A DNA stretch of 64,000 nt from the human T2T-CHM13v2.0 reference genome, Homo sapiens. The position numbers and the translations under genes are program-made. Under the pieces are notes generated by a model. It searched no databases. It saw nothing but the letters and a program-made list of their open reading frames with translations, and was not told where the DNA came from. The stretch lies in NCBI RefSeq assembly GCF_009914755.1, contig NC_060947.1; one strand, written 5' to 3'. Every line of letters begins with the position of its first letter. Within the stretch, counting starts at the first letter, position 1. Of this stretch, positions 62,961-64,000 are shown piece by piece.

Positions 62961-63224
62961 AAAAGTAGGCAAAGTGATTATATACACACATATGGTACAT
63001 ATTGCTCATTCTCTTAAATTATAAATTTAATATATTTGAAATTATAATGAAATAAAATGACAAATATTATGTTGTGTAAATTTCATTGTCCACTTGAATT
63101 AAGATTAAAAAAAAACAGCTTATCTGTCACTTCTCCATATTACCTAACATAACATTTAGTTATGTCTTTACAGGTTAAATGGATCATCATAATCCCAAAA
63201 GGCACCAGAGGACAAATCCAGGAT

Positions 63225-64000
63225 TTTTTAAATTTCATTAGTTTTGGGGGTACAGGTGGTTTTTGGTTACATGAATGAGTTCTTTAGTGGTGAATGCTGA
63301 AATTTTACTATACCCGTCATCTGAGAAGCACACACTATGCCCGATATATAGTCTTTCATCCCATATCCCCTTTCCAAACTCCACCCCTACGAGGCTCCAA
63401 AGTCCAGTATATCACTCTGTATGTCTTTGCATCCTCATAGCTTAGCTCCCACTTATAAGTGAGAATATACAGTATTTGGTTTTCCATTTCTGAGTTACTT
63501 CACTTAGAATAATGGCCTTCAGCTCCATCCAAGTTGTTGCAAATGACATTATTCCATTCCTTTTTATGGCTGAGTAGTATTTCATGGTGTATATACACTA
63601 CATTTTCTTTATCCACTCCTTGGTTGATAGGCACTTAGGTTGGTTCTATATCTTTGCCATTGTGAATTGTGCTGCTATAAACATGCGTGTACATATGTCT
63701 TTTTCACGTGTAATGACTTATTTTTCTTTGGGTAGATACCTAGTTGTGGGATTGCTGGATCGAAAGATAATTCTGCTTTAATTTTTAAAGGAATCTCCAT
63801 AGTGTTTTCTATAGTAGTTGTACAAACTTACATTCCCACCAGCAGTGTAAAAGTGTTTTATTTTCACCACATCCACACCAACATCTATTGTTTTTTTGAC
63901 TTTTTAATTATGGCCATTCTTGCAGGAGTGAAGTGGTATCACACTGTGGTTTTGAATTGTATTTCCCTGATGATTAGTGATGTTGAGTATTTTTTTCATA
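63225..64000 (-). mobile_element. L1PB 3' end, continuing beyond the window
   Basis: ttttgggggtacaggtggtttttggttacatgaatgagttctttagtggtga followed by ORF2 C-terminal sequence. Confidence 0.9.

Noticed and set aside
63170-63225. Minus-strand PGFVLWCLL as candidate HSF3 exon 1
   Set aside because: Only superficial similarity to VPxFLxKLW, with no ICWS-like end or fitting donor; exon 1 is more likely outside the window.

Overview
Primate (hominid-like) genomic DNA, repeat-rich, with no intact protein-coding gene. The backbone is a decayed, intron-containing HSF3 (heat shock factor 3) unitary pseudogene on the minus strand. I traced 12 exons (homologous to HSF exons 2-13) from 61895 down to 13213; exon 1 is presumably beyond the right edge. 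This fits the VSIG4-HEPH interval of Xq12 (from memory, not checked). Two complete processed pseudogenes with target-site duplications (TSDs) are present: ATXN7L3 (225-4122) and EIF4B (19693-23576, inside an HSF3 intron). There are also many L1, Alu, LTR and DNA-transposon relics, several of them nested. The most unusual signals are: (1) two L1PB copies that each lack a different, precisely GT...AG-bounded segment the other retains, i.e. integrated spliced L1 RNAs, one with an ORF2-to-3'UTR splice; (2) a perfect 30-bp-arm hairpin made by inverted duplication of the HSF3 DHDY-coding sequence, hit at its edge by a young twin-primed L1; (3) an ATXN7L3 retrocopy that appears to preserve an alternative 3' splice isoform; (4) several template-switch-type palindromes and a probable L1 3' transduction. 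Homologue comparisons (HSF1, mouse/chicken HSF3, ATXN7L3, EIF4B, repeat subfamilies) are recalled and need confirmation by alignment.
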